A stretch of 64,000 nucleotides of DNA from an uncultured Gammaproteobacteria bacterium (lineage in GTDB: Bacteria; Patescibacteriota; Patescibacteriia; SBBC01; CAIJZX01): contig CAYNGY010000001.1 in the NCBI GenBank assembly GCA_964397195.1, forward strand, positions 70,586 through 134,585, in the 5' to 3' direction. Made by a program: the position numbers and the translations under genes. The notes under the pieces were generated by a model. It ran no database searches, was not told where the DNA came from, and saw only the letters and a list, made by a program, of their open reading frames with translations. This document shows, in pieces, positions 27,985 through 37,131 of this stretch; the first letter of the stretch is position 1, and each line of letters begins with the position of its first letter.

Positions 27985-29442
27985 ATGTATACGCCCTGGA
28001 AACAACTTTCGGCCATGTCGCGCGAGGAAATCCGCGACCTGCAAAATAAGAAGCTCCGTGCCTTTATTCGCCATCAGCTTCCATACTCGCCGTACTACCG
28101 CGAGCTCTTTGAGAAACACGGGTTGCATTGGAGCGATATCAACACCGTCGACGATTTAGAAAAAATCCCGCTCTCCTCAAAAGTCGATGTTGCCCCAACA
28201 CCCGAAAACCCGGCCAACCCGCGTCGGTTTATTCTGCAGCCCGATGAGCACCTGATCAAGAAGTTCGCGGCCAAATCGGATCTCGCGAAAATCGTCTGGG
28301 GTAAGATGACGAAAAAAGACGTGCAGGCCAAATTGGCTTGGGAGTATAAGCCGCTCCACCTGCACTTCACCACGGGTCGAACCGCGTTGCCGACGCCGTT
28401 TGGGTATTCGGCCTATGATTTAGACTTACTTCGCGAAACCGGGCGTCGCTGTTTTAATGTTGCCGGATTCAGCTCAAGCAATGTCGGACTAAATGGTTTT
28501 CCGTATTCACCACACCTCGGGTTCTGGTTGGCCTACTACGGTTTGCTAGAAGCGGGGATTACGGCCCTCGCGTCCGGTGGCGGGAAAATCATGGGCAGTC
28601 AGAAAATCATGGACTCCCTCGAACGGCTGAAAGTGAACGTCTTAGTGATCATTCCCGGTTATTGTTACCACTTGCTCCGGGAGGCGGTCAAACAGAAGCG
28701 CGACTTCTCGAATCTGAAGTACATTGTCTTCGGCGCCGAGCGCGTCAGTCCGGCCTTCCGAACGAAAGTCAAAGAACTCTTGGCGCAGGTTAACGCCCAT
28801 GAGGTTCAAATCCTGGCTACGTATGCCTCAACCGAGGCGAAGACCGCCTGGATTCAATGTGCCGAACACACGGGGTACCATCTCTACCCGGATCTCGAGT
28901 ATGTTGAGTTGGTTGATGAAAATGGAAAACGCGTTCCTGAAGGGCAACCGGGAGAAATCGTCTACACCGCGCTTGACTGGCGCGGGACGGTCGTCGTCCG
29001 ATATCGCACCGGTGACCTAGCCCAAGGAATTGAATACGGGCCGTGTCCAACCTGCGGTCGGACTGTTCCCCGCATTCTTCCGGATATTCAACGCAAGAGC
29101 GAGGTCAAAGAATTTCATCTGACGAAGATCAAGGGTGAACTAGTCAATCTGAATAACGTCTTTCCGATCATGTCATCGATCCACGGGCTGGATGAGTGGC
29201 AACTTGAAATTCGGAAGCGGAATAACGACCCATTCGATCTCGATGAGATTGTGACTCACGTATCGGCCCAACCCGGCGCGTCATTTGATACGGTCAAGAA
29301 AGATGTCCAAAATAAAATGCACGCCGAGATGCAAGTCGGGGTGATTGTCGAAGAAAAGACCACGGACGAACTGATCAAACAGCTCGGCATGGAAACAGAG
29401 CTCAAGGAAAAGCGCATCATCGACAATAGGCCGAAGAATTAA
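27985..29442 (+). CDS. ANL-superfamily adenylate-forming enzyme of the PaaK/coenzyme-F390-synthetase/CapK-like type, with a CPTC Zn-ribbon insertion.
   Basis: A7-like YASTEAK. A8 GEIVYTA...RYRTGD. GPCPTCGRT. C-terminal extension. Confidence 0.65.
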   Translation: MYTPWKQLSAMSREEIRDLQNKKLRAFIRHQLPYSPYYRELFEKHGLHWSDINTVDDLEKIPLSSKVDVAPTPENPANPRRFILQPDEHLIKKFAAKSDLAKIVWGKMTKKDVQAKLAWEYKPLHLHFTTGRTALPTPFGYSAYDLDLLRETGRRCFNVAGFSSSNVGLNGFPYSPHLGFWLAYYGLLEAGITALASGGGKIMGSQKIMDSLERLKVNVLVIIPGYCYHLLREAVKQKRDFSNLKYIVFGAERVSPAFRTKVKELLAQVNAHEVQILATYASTEAKTAWIQCAEHTGYHLYPDLEYVELVDENGKRVPEGQPGEIVYTALDWRGTVVVRYRTGDLAQGIEYGPCPTCGRTVPRILPDIQRKSEVKEFHLTKIKGELVNLNNVFPIMSSIHGLDEWQLEIRKRNNDPFDLDEIVTHVSAQPGASFDTVKKDVQNKMHAEMQVGVIVEEKTTDELIKQLGMETELKEKRIIDNRPKN

Positions 29443-29906
29443 TGTCCGAAAAGTACGATCACCAAGTTGAAGTTGTTGTTGGGGTAGTTGTTATCCGCGA
29501 CAGTAAGGTGTTGCTCATCCAATCACCAAAATGGGGCGACCGATGGATTTTTCCCGGTGGCCACGTGGAGTTCGGAGAAGGGATATTCAAAGCCGCTGAG
29601 CGCGAGGGCCAAGAAGAAACGGGATTGAAGATGACCGCGAAATTCGTGATCAATATCGGAGAGAACATTTTTTCTCCGGATTTTCACCGCCCGGCGCATA
29701 TGAATTACTATCATGTCGTCTGTGAAACAGCATCGACCGAAACGACGCTTAATTCGACTGAGGTTAAGAAAGCCGAGTGGTTTAGTTTTGATTCCGCGTT
29801 AACGCTCGATCTTTTTCCGTCAAACCGAGAGTCGATTCTTCGTTTACAGGCGGGAAAAAAGATACCCTTTGATGCGAAAGTTTGGGCGCCCAACCCTTCA
29901 GTGTAA
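29442..29906 (+). CDS. NUDIX hydrolase.
   Basis: Nudix box GGHVEFGEGIFKAAEREGQEETGL. Start overlaps the upstream stop. Confidence 0.85.
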   Translation: MSEKYDHQVEVVVGVVVIRDSKVLLIQSPKWGDRWIFPGGHVEFGEGIFKAAEREGQEETGLKMTAKFVINIGENIFSPDFHRPAHMNYYHVVCETASTETTLNSTEVKKAEWFSFDSALTLDLFPSNRESILRLQAGKKIPFDAKVWAPNPSV

Positions 29907-30025
29907 CAAACGAAACGGCCCCGGGTTCCCGAACTGCGGTTCGGAACGTGCGTAGTCCTGTGTCCCTGAAAAGGGAATATTTTGGCTAACATACAAAAGA
30001 ATGTTTTTACGAGGTTCATTTTTTC

Positions 30026-30054
30026 TTGACGTTATACCGCGGGAGGAATAGGCT
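30026..30054 (+). promoter_or_regulatory. Putative promoter TTGACG, 17-nt spacer, TAGGCT for the non-coding unit.
   Basis: Read directly. Confidence 0.35.
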
Positions 30055-30055
30055 C

Positions 30056-30305
30056 ACCGTAGATCGTCCGGATAGGCGGCATGACTCGGTCGAAGGCCGG
30101 GAAGGACTAGGACCTCTCGAGATCGTGCCCGATGCGCGTCATCGGAACGCCAATGCCCGAACACAGCGACGGCACTCTCGTGCAATCCCAGGGTAGTACC
30201 ACCTGTACCGCACGAGCTCGGCACCACGCTGGCTCACGACTTCGTGTCTGAGACGAGGCTTCCGTCCGATTCGCCCGCTGCTGTTTGAGCGGGCCTTTTT
30301 TGTTT
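30056..30305 (+). ncRNA. Candidate ~245-nt structured small RNA of unassigned class, ending in an intrinsic terminator (30273-30305).
   Basis: No ORF longer than 21 aa. Several stem-loops, e.g. CCGATG-CGCGT-CATCGG and GGCATGA...TCGTGCC. The terminator GCCCGCT...AGCGGGC is followed by CTTTTTTGTTT. An independent promoter follows at 30315-30343. Confidence 0.4.
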
Positions 30306-30314
30306 CCCGGTGGC

Positions 30315-30343
30315 TTGACAGGGCGCCAGGATCGGAGTTAGAT
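30315..30343 (+). promoter_or_regulatory. Sigma70 promoter: TTGACA, 17-nt spacer, TTAGAT.
   Basis: Read directly. Upstream of the hypothetical operon. Confidence 0.5.
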
Positions 30344-30510
30344 GCGCCTGCACATTCCCAAGCTTGATTTCCAGGGCAACCTGCTGGTTACACGCATGCT
30401 GTAGCCGGCAGACTGCTCTGGCAGTCGTATTGTCGAAATACGATGATATGTCGATGGGTCCATACCAGCGGCCGCGATGGTCGTTCTGGTCTCACCTGGA
30501 GACCCGGTCA

Positions 30511-31173
30511 ATGTCTGGTCCTCTCTATCCACCGAGTCCGTTTTGGACGCCTGAACGCTGGCGACGCGATCAGGAAAGCATCGATGTCCTCTCCTCGGGA
30601 GCGCAGAACATTCAAGCGCTCATCCGCGGTTGGCGTCAGATGGAAACGGTGTTGCGGAAAATGGTCAAGCAGGGTGTGGCGCGTCAGCATCACGCCGAAT
30701 TCCTCGCTGACCTCCGCGTTGCTCAAGAACAGATTCGCGAGCTAGTGAAACTGAAGGCCACTGCCGATTCGACGATCCCGGTCTACGCGCCGTATCGGCT
30801 CCCTGACCATTTCAAGGTCGGGGATGCAGTGATGTATCACCCGCTCATCAGCACCGCCGTCAGCTCTGGTCTGATTGGCTACGGACGGCGGAGTGGATGG
30901 GTCCGACGCCAGGTTGTCAGATACGTCCATGAGTCGCTGGTGATCGATTCCTGGATGATGCTCGGAGTCGGCGAATCAAAATCCCACCTCGTCGCGGCGC
31001 ATGTGCTGACTCCGCACTGTCTCAGTCTGTCGGACTTCGACTATCTCCTCGGGCATCCATCGTACGCCGAAGAATGGATCGAAGCGAATCCCGCAGTCGC
31101 GCCGCTCGTGCGCCGCACATTCCTCGAATCGCTCCGGATCGAACGGATGAAACGCCGGATCCGAATTCGCTAG
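30511..31173 (+). CDS. Hypothetical protein (start uncertain; ORF from 30364).
   Basis: GGAGA 10 nt upstream of the ATG at 30511. High-GC coding frame. Confidence 0.4.
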   Translation: MSGPLYPPSPFWTPERWRRDQESIDVLSSGAQNIQALIRGWRQMETVLRKMVKQGVARQHHAEFLADLRVAQEQIRELVKLKATADSTIPVYAPYRLPDHFKVGDAVMYHPLISTAVSSGLIGYGRRSGWVRRQVVRYVHESLVIDSWMMLGVGESKSHLVAAHVLTPHCLSLSDFDYLLGHPSYAEEWIEANPAVAPLVRRTFLESLRIERMKRRIRIR

Positions 31174-31344
31174 TCGGCAACGCTCTTCGGCCGCGCTCTC
31201 GTCTTTCTCCGTCCGCTTCGCGGACGAGTGGGGCGGTGAGCGCGGCTATTTTCATCTGCTCGCCCGCTTGACGCCTGGTCTCGGCGTGGCGTAGGCTAAG
31301 CCGGTCGCTGTTTTACATCTCAAACTGTCAGGGGGTGATGGACG

Positions 31345-31998
31345 ATGTGGCCTTGGCCACTGTTGTACCGCTTCTGTTTACCGATTCCCGGTCCGGTCTC
31401 ATACGGATCGTGGCATCAGGCGCGTGAACTGCTCGTTTTCGCCTGGGGTCGTGAGACGATCTGTGACGATGAACTACCTCAGGTTTCTCTGAGGCGGAGT
31501 CCGCGCTACGACGATGCGAACACCATTCGCGTCCTCCGGGAGGACGGTTTCGATCCAGGTGATCCAAATCGTCAACTGGCCGATGTGCTGTCCTGGGCGC
31601 TCGAACACAACACGGAACTCCTCGCCTATGTGCAGTGGGAAGTAGCGGTGGCGATGGAGAACCAGAAGTACCGCCAGTACGCGAACCGCATCCGCATCAT
31701 TTGGCCGTTCGTCGGGTGGGACGAGTTCAATACGCTCCACGTCATCGATGGGGCGATGCAACTCGGCTTCATGTCGAAGCGTTGCCCGCCTGCGATTCTC
31801 GCTCACCAGTTCATGGTGGTGCGCGCAGCGTTAATGCTCAGGAAGTACCTGGGTGGTATGCACGTCATCGTTTTCCCGTCACGCGTGACAATGTGCTCGA
31901 AGACGAGCGTACACTACCAGACCCGCAACCAAGCGCTCTGGTACGCGCGCGAGCTTCCCGGTCGGTGGTTCATCTGCATTCCCAAGCACTACGTCTAG
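31345..31998 (+). CDS. Hypothetical protein.
   Basis: GGGGGTGA SD. Confidence 0.4.
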   Translation: MWPWPLLYRFCLPIPGPVSYGSWHQARELLVFAWGRETICDDELPQVSLRRSPRYDDANTIRVLREDGFDPGDPNRQLADVLSWALEHNTELLAYVQWEVAVAMENQKYRQYANRIRIIWPFVGWDEFNTLHVIDGAMQLGFMSKRCPPAILAHQFMVVRAALMLRKYLGGMHVIVFPSRVTMCSKTSVHYQTRNQALWYARELPGRWFICIPKHYV

Positions 31999-32011
31999 GA
32001 GGAATTCGCGC

Positions 32012-32389
32012 ATGATGCGCACTCGTCTGAAGCCCCGTCCGCGGCCCACTCGGCGTACCGCTGTCCACGTCTATGTCGTCGATGTGCTGATCACGAATGG
32101 ACGCGAGCATGTCGTCCATGCGAATGTGCCAGTGTGCCGTAGCACGCTCGATGGCACTCACGACTCCGTTCGTCAGGTCGCCAGCCAGACCGTCCGGGCC
32201 TGGGAGACGAGGCGACGGATCACGGTCAACTTCAAGCCGAATCCGAAGTTGCCGACGGCGATCGAATGGTCGGGCCCGAAAGAGGTCACCCAGCGTCCGT
32301 GTCCGTTCAAGCCGCGGAACAAGCGGCGCGCCGGGCGCTGGACCTGTCGGGTCCGGGTCTGTCCAAAGCCTATCCCGCGGCGTGAATAG
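32012..32389 (+). CDS. Hypothetical protein with an Arg-rich N-terminus (MMRTRLKPRPRPTRR).
   Basis: GGAGG 8 nt upstream. Confidence 0.45.
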   Translation: MMRTRLKPRPRPTRRTAVHVYVVDVLITNGREHVVHANVPVCRSTLDGTHDSVRQVASQTVRAWETRRRITVNFKPNPKLPTAIEWSGPKEVTQRPCPFKPRNKRRAGRWTCRVRVCPKPIPRRE

Positions 32390-32407
32390 CGCCAGGAAGG
32401 AGACACC

Positions 32408-32770
32408 ATGAACACCAGTCGCCGGCGTCGAGCGAATAGATCGCGCCCGACGCGTCAGTCGCAGCCGCGGTGGCTACTCGATCTCGAGTTCAACCACGAG
32501 GCAGAGACCTTCCATCTCAAGGCACTGGAACTAGGCGTCGCACCATCGGGTCAGCAGCCGATCGATCCGACGCGGCCCGAGTCGTACGTCGCCAGCTGGT
32601 ACCAGCGCAGTGCGACACTGGTAGTCGAGCTCTACCTCCATGTCAACCAGGCCGACAAAGTCGACTGGTATGGCGGACTTCCCTGGGGTCAGTGGAAAGA
32701 GATGCACCTTCGCCATACGGCCATCGGCCCCTGGACCTGCAAGGCCCGCCTCCGGCGTACCCGCTCCTGA
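32408..32770 (+). CDS. Hypothetical protein with an Arg-rich N-terminus (MNTSRRRRANRSRPTRQ).
   Basis: GGAAGGAG SD. Confidence 0.45.
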   Translation: MNTSRRRRANRSRPTRQSQPRWLLDLEFNHEAETFHLKALELGVAPSGQQPIDPTRPESYVASWYQRSATLVVELYLHVNQADKVDWYGGLPWGQWKEMHLRHTAIGPWTCKARLRRTRS

Positions 32771-32893
32771 ACATCGTACCGTTCCAAGACCAGCCATGGT
32801 CGCGCTCGCGCAGTCGCGGGCGTTTTTCTTTTCCGTTGACGAAAAGGACATTTACGGGTAGCATGGAGCGGTTCATTAGGAATATTTCGTTGT

Positions 32894-34186
32894 ATGCGCA
32901 TTGATCTCGAACCACAAGACCAAGGACAAATTAAGCTCACCGTCGAGCTGACACCGGAGGACATGCAGCCGCACCTCGAGCACGCGGCCGAATCGCTCTC
33001 AAAACAGTATAAGATCGCCGGTTTCCGCCCGGGGAAGGCCAGTCTCGGCATTGTCATTCAAAAACTCGGCGCCCAAGCGGTTTGGGAAGAGGCGGCCGAA
33101 TCTGCGGTGCGCCGGACCTTCGCCGCCTCGATCAAAGAGAAAGAAATTGACGCCATTGGTCAGCCGCATATTCATATCATCAAGCTGGCTCCGGACAATC
33201 CGTTTGTCTACACCGCTCACGTCTCGGTTCTGCCGCCAGTCGCGATTGGTGATTACACGACATTCTCCGCCAAGCGAGAGGTGCCCGACGTCTCGAGCGA
33301 AAAAGTCGATACGGCGATTGAAGATATGCGGAAAATGTTCGCGACGCATAATAAAGTCGAACGTCCGGCCCAACATGGCGATCGGACAGATGTTGATTTC
33401 GAACTAACGCTCGACGGCGTGCCGATGGAAAACGGTACCGGGAAAAATCATCCGGTCGTCATCGGTTCGAAGCAGTTCATTCCAGGATTTGAAGACAACC
33501 TCGTCGGTTTGAAAACGGGTGAGAAGAAAGAATTTTCCGTCACGTTCCCCGAATCGTATCATCACGCTCCGCTCGCCGGAAAAACCGGACAATTCCGCGT
33601 GTCGGTCAACTCCGTCTATGAAGTCGTCAATCCAGAATTGGACGATGCCTTCGCAAAAAAAGCCGGCCCGTTCAACACCATGACCGAGCTGCGCGCCAAA
33701 CTAGAGAATAATTTAAAAGAAGAGGCTGCCGACGAAGCCGATCGTCGTCTTGAAAAAGCAATCATTGATGAGTTGATTACACGGAGCCGATTCGGCGACC
33801 TGCCAGCGGTGCTGATCGACAACGAGGTAGAAAAAATGATGGCCGAACTGAAGGATGAGGTTCAGCGTCAGGGCGGACCGTCGTTTGATGACTATTTGAA
33901 GGGCATCAAGAAGTCCGTTGATGACTTGAAGAAAGAATTCCGACCGCAGGCCGAACAGCGCGTCAAAGCCGCCATTCTCATTCGCGCCATCGCCAAAAAA
34001 GAAGGTATCACCGCCGATGATAAGCAGGTGGACGAAGAATTAAACTCCACCAAGAATATGTACCAAGGCAGTCCGGATATCATCAAGCGCATTGACACCG
34101 ACGACTACCGCGATTACCTCCGTACCCTCCAGGTCAACCGGAAGGTCGTGGAGATGCTGAAAGCGAAGGTCCCAACCACAGCGTAA
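32894..34186 (+). CDS. tig: Trigger factor.
   Basis: 430 aa. N-terminal ribosome-binding GFRPGKA motif, central PPIase-like region (EFSVTFPESYH), and C-terminal domain. Confidence 0.9.
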   Translation: MRIDLEPQDQGQIKLTVELTPEDMQPHLEHAAESLSKQYKIAGFRPGKASLGIVIQKLGAQAVWEEAAESAVRRTFAASIKEKEIDAIGQPHIHIIKLAPDNPFVYTAHVSVLPPVAIGDYTTFSAKREVPDVSSEKVDTAIEDMRKMFATHNKVERPAQHGDRTDVDFELTLDGVPMENGTGKNHPVVIGSKQFIPGFEDNLVGLKTGEKKEFSVTFPESYHHAPLAGKTGQFRVSVNSVYEVVNPELDDAFAKKAGPFNTMTELRAKLENNLKEEAADEADRRLEKAIIDELITRSRFGDLPAVLIDNEVEKMMAELKDEVQRQGGPSFDDYLKGIKKSVDDLKKEFRPQAEQRVKAAILIRAIAKKEGITADDKQVDEELNSTKNMYQGSPDIIKRIDTDDYRDYLRTLQVNRKVVEMLKAKVPTTA

Positions 34187-34213
34187 AATCGTCGAACGTG
34201 GTACACTGGTTCT

Positions 34214-35056
34214 ATGAGAATCGGTTGCCATGTTTCGATTGCCGGCGGCGTCTATAACGCACCCCAACGCGCGGAAGAGCTCGGCTGTGAGGTCTTTCAG
34301 CTCTTTACGCGCTCCCCACAAGGCGGTCCGGCGCCGGTATTAACGCCGGTCGTCCTCAAGCAATTCGCCGAAGCAACGGCGGCCTACCACCAAGCATCCT
34401 GGGTCGTTCACACGCCGTATTTTATTAACTACGCTTCAGCCAATGATCGCATCCGTCGCGGATCAATCACAGTCGTACGCGACGAACTTGAGCGGGCCTC
34501 AAAGATCGGCGCGGCCTACCTGATGACCCACCTCGGGTCGGGCAAAGATGTGACCATGGAGCAAGCGCGGAGCATGGTGGTCGACGGACTGGCGGAAATG
34601 CTCGACGGGTATACTGGCACGACCGTTTTCTGTATCGAAATTGCGGCCGGTGCCGGGAGCATTCTCGGTAGTTCATTTGACGAGATAGGCTACTACATTC
34701 GTCAAATCGAGAAAAAAGATAAGCGCCTTAAAGACAGGATCGGTGTTTGTTTTGACACCTGCCATGCCTTTGCTTCCGGCTATGATTTGCGCACCGCCAC
34801 GGCGGTCAAGAAGACATTGGCCGATTTTGACACGCATATTGGACTCGATCGATTGAAGATCGTCCATGCCAACGACTCGAAATTCCCCCTTGGTGAAAAG
34901 AAGGATCGCCACGAACATATCGGGCAAGGATGCATCGGACTTGATGGATTTCGGGCGATGGTCAAACATCCGGCCCTGAAGAAACTGGACTGGTTCTTAG
35001 AAACTGAACCGGGCGGTGTCCGCGCGGATATCACCACCCTCAAGTCGTTACGGTAA
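34214..35056 (+). CDS. nfo: Endonuclease IV.
   Basis: TIM-barrel AP endonuclease motifs (CHVSIAGG, THLG, HANDSK, ETEP). Confidence 0.9.
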   Translation: MRIGCHVSIAGGVYNAPQRAEELGCEVFQLFTRSPQGGPAPVLTPVVLKQFAEATAAYHQASWVVHTPYFINYASANDRIRRGSITVVRDELERASKIGAAYLMTHLGSGKDVTMEQARSMVVDGLAEMLDGYTGTTVFCIEIAAGAGSILGSSFDEIGYYIRQIEKKDKRLKDRIGVCFDTCHAFASGYDLRTATAVKKTLADFDTHIGLDRLKIVHANDSKFPLGEKKDRHEHIGQGCIGLDGFRAMVKHPALKKLDWFLETEPGGVRADITTLKSLR

Positions 35057-35057
35057 T

Positions 35058-35693
35058 ATGCGCCAACGAATAAAGGCATGGCTTGGCGTTGGGGGCGGGT
35101 TTATCGTGGCGATATTACTGGTGTTTCTTTTCACGACCTGGCCCCGTGATGTCTTGCAAAAACCATTAACGGTGAACGAGGAGCTTCATGAAACGGACGT
35201 CATTATCGTTCTCGGCGCCGGTACGCGGCAACATGATCCGAACAATCTACCGCCCCAGGCCGAGCAGCGCATTTATGCCGGGGTCGATCTCTATAAAGTT
35301 GGTGTGGCCAACCATCTGATTATGGCCGGCGGGAAAAGCCCGGTCACGAAACTCGTTGAGGCTGATTTGATGGCTTCGCAAGCCGCACTGGACGGCGCTC
35401 TCCCGACTGATATCGTTCTCGAGCGCGCGTCGCGCGATACCTGGCAGAATGCGGAAAACTCGCGCTCCATTATGCGCGTCATGGGCTGGAAAACGGCGAC
35501 CGTTGTGACCTCGCCATATCACACCTGGCGCGCTTGTCGGATGTTTCGGAAACAGGGCGCGGACGTGACCTGCGTGGCCGCGGACTATGCGCTCGCGCCC
35601 GCTCACAACATCTACAACCGATTCATGGATAATCGGGCTGTTGTTCGTGAATATGGGGCGATTGTCTTAGCGTGGGTCCAGGGCCGTTTGTAG
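35058..35693 (+). CDS. DUF218 (YdcF/SanA/ElyC) family protein.
   Basis: VIIVLGAG...IMAGGKSP...TSPYHTWRAC. Confidence 0.7.
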   Translation: MRQRIKAWLGVGGGFIVAILLVFLFTTWPRDVLQKPLTVNEELHETDVIIVLGAGTRQHDPNNLPPQAEQRIYAGVDLYKVGVANHLIMAGGKSPVTKLVEADLMASQAALDGALPTDIVLERASRDTWQNAENSRSIMRVMGWKTATVVTSPYHTWRACRMFRKQGADVTCVAADYALAPAHNIYNRFMDNRAVVREYGAIVLAWVQGRL

Positions 35694-35719
35694 GTAGAGT
35701 AACGTGGTATACTTTCGTT

Positions 35720-36214
35720 ATGTTTATTGTCCTCAGTGGCCCCACGGGCTCCGGAAAAAGTACAACCGCCCTGCTCCTCAAGAAAAAGATTCGACGACCG
35801 GCGCTGGTTGAATTGGATTCACTACGAGATTTTATTGTCGATGTTCCACTTGATCGGATTATTCCGCTCATAATCGAGATGGCCATACTCGTGACCAAGC
35901 GTCTCCTGAAAGAGGGGTACAACGTTATCCTCGTTTACCCGCTCTATGACCATGAGTTTAAGAAAATACAAACAGGTCTTCGGTGGTTGCCGACGCTGAG
36001 CTTTGTGCTTGCACCGCAGAAAAAGTCAATTCAACGAGGTCGCGGGAAACGGAAATTAATCCCGTGGGAACAACGGCGGGTTGCAATGCAATATCGCATC
36101 GGTTTGCACCGCCCGCAGTTTGGGATAAAGATTGATAATACGACACTCAGACCGGCGCAAGTAGTGAAGAAAATAATACAGCACCTGCCGGCCCGTATAA
36201 TCCGGAGGGACTAA
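35720..36214 (+). CDS. P-loop NTPase/kinase-like protein. Sits in a low-GC patch.
   Basis: Walker A LSGPTGSGKST. AT-rich codon usage compared with the neighbours. Confidence 0.55.
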   Translation: MFIVLSGPTGSGKSTTALLLKKKIRRPALVELDSLRDFIVDVPLDRIIPLIIEMAILVTKRLLKEGYNVILVYPLYDHEFKKIQTGLRWLPTLSFVLAPQKKSIQRGRGKRKLIPWEQRRVAMQYRIGLHRPQFGIKIDNTTLRPAQVVKKIIQHLPARIIRRD

Positions 36215-36240
36215 TCGAAACCAATAGCTGATGTCCGCCG

Positions 36241-36999
36241 TTATCTTTTTGTCGAGGGATCTTTTTTTCGCAGCGAGATCCACATATGGTCAAACATCGT
36301 TGCCATCACTTTCGCCAGAGGCTCAGAGTGAATAACCACGAGGTACAGCGGATCGAATGAGGTCAGCGTCACGACGCCGGGCAGGATGGCAATGTCGGTC
36401 GGTGATGATTCGGACGATTCGAGAAATCGAAATTGGTGTCGCGGATGACGTGGAAAATGAGCGGCGAATCGATGGCTGGCCGGGTCATCCGTTAAAATAT
36501 GCCGCGACTCGTGACGATCTTTTTTATCATGGCCACGTCGTACCCACCGCGCGACTTCATCCGGAAAATGTTTTTGCATATAGGCGTACGACGACAGGTA
36601 CCGGGAGATGGGGGATCGTTCGATGTCGCGATAGGCGGCGGCAATCCCCGCCGCTTTTTCATGGACTTCAATAAAGGGTACATGGCCGCTTCGAGTGCGA
36701 AGTGAGTGGAGGAGCGGCAGAAAGAACTTTAGATTATCGGCGGCGGCCGCGATATTGTGATAAACCCGCGACGGGTCCGCCGCCGTAAAACGCCGAACTT
36801 TCTGGTGGGGGAGCTCGCTGACGTATCCGAGGTGCAGTAACTCGTCCAAAATGACGTAGACGATTGGTCGTTTGAATTCGATTGCGACCGCGAGCTGGGC
36901 GACGGTCGCCTCGCCGAGGCGGAGCAGCCCGAGATAGACCCGGGACTGTTTTTCCGTCAGGCCAATGGCCGTAAGCGTTTGGGAAATCGGATCATTCAT
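36241..36999 (-). CDS. TrmB-family transcriptional regulator (second paralog).
   Basis: LTEKQSRVYLGLLRLGEATVAQLAVAIEFKRPIVY HTH. Start at MNDPIS (ATG at 36999). Confidence 0.65.
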   Translation of the reverse strand: MNDPISQTLTAIGLTEKQSRVYLGLLRLGEATVAQLAVAIEFKRPIVYVILDELLHLGYVSELPHQKVRRFTAADPSRVYHNIAAAADNLKFFLPLLHSLRTRSGHVPFIEVHEKAAGIAAAYRDIERSPISRYLSSYAYMQKHFPDEVARWVRRGHDKKDRHESRHILTDDPASHRFAAHFPRHPRHQFRFLESSESSPTDIAILPGVVTLTSFDPLYLVVIHSEPLAKVMATMFDHMWISLRKKDPSTKR

Positions 37000-37000
37000 A

Positions 37001-37083
37001 TTGTCAAAGATTTTGACAAAAAAAGATTGAATTGTCAATAGGTATAAGCAATTTGTTACAAACCTGTTGCAAGTTATTGACAA
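37001..37083. promoter_or_regulatory. AT-rich divergent control region carrying four TTGTCAA/TTGACAA half-sites. These include the palindrome TTGTCAAAGATTTTGACAA and the inverted pair ATTGTCAAT...ATTGACAAT.
   Basis: Read directly. Lies between the TrmB regulator and the divergent small-membrane-protein/methyltransferase genes. Confidence 0.5.
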
Positions 37084-37131
37084 TAAAGTAGTTTGCCAGC
37101 ATCGAAGCGCACCTTCTACAACGAGGGTCTC

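Noticed and set aside
29925-29945. Hairpin CCGAACTGCGGTTCGG after the NUDIX gene as a terminator.
   Set aside because: No U-tract follows, so it is not called as an intrinsic terminator.
30056-30305. Assignment of the candidate sRNA to a known riboswitch or housekeeping RNA class (TPP, cobalamin, ZTP, T-box, 6S, SRP, RNase P, tmRNA).
   Set aside because: None of the diagnostic conserved motifs I know for these classes is present. It is left as an unclassified structured RNA.
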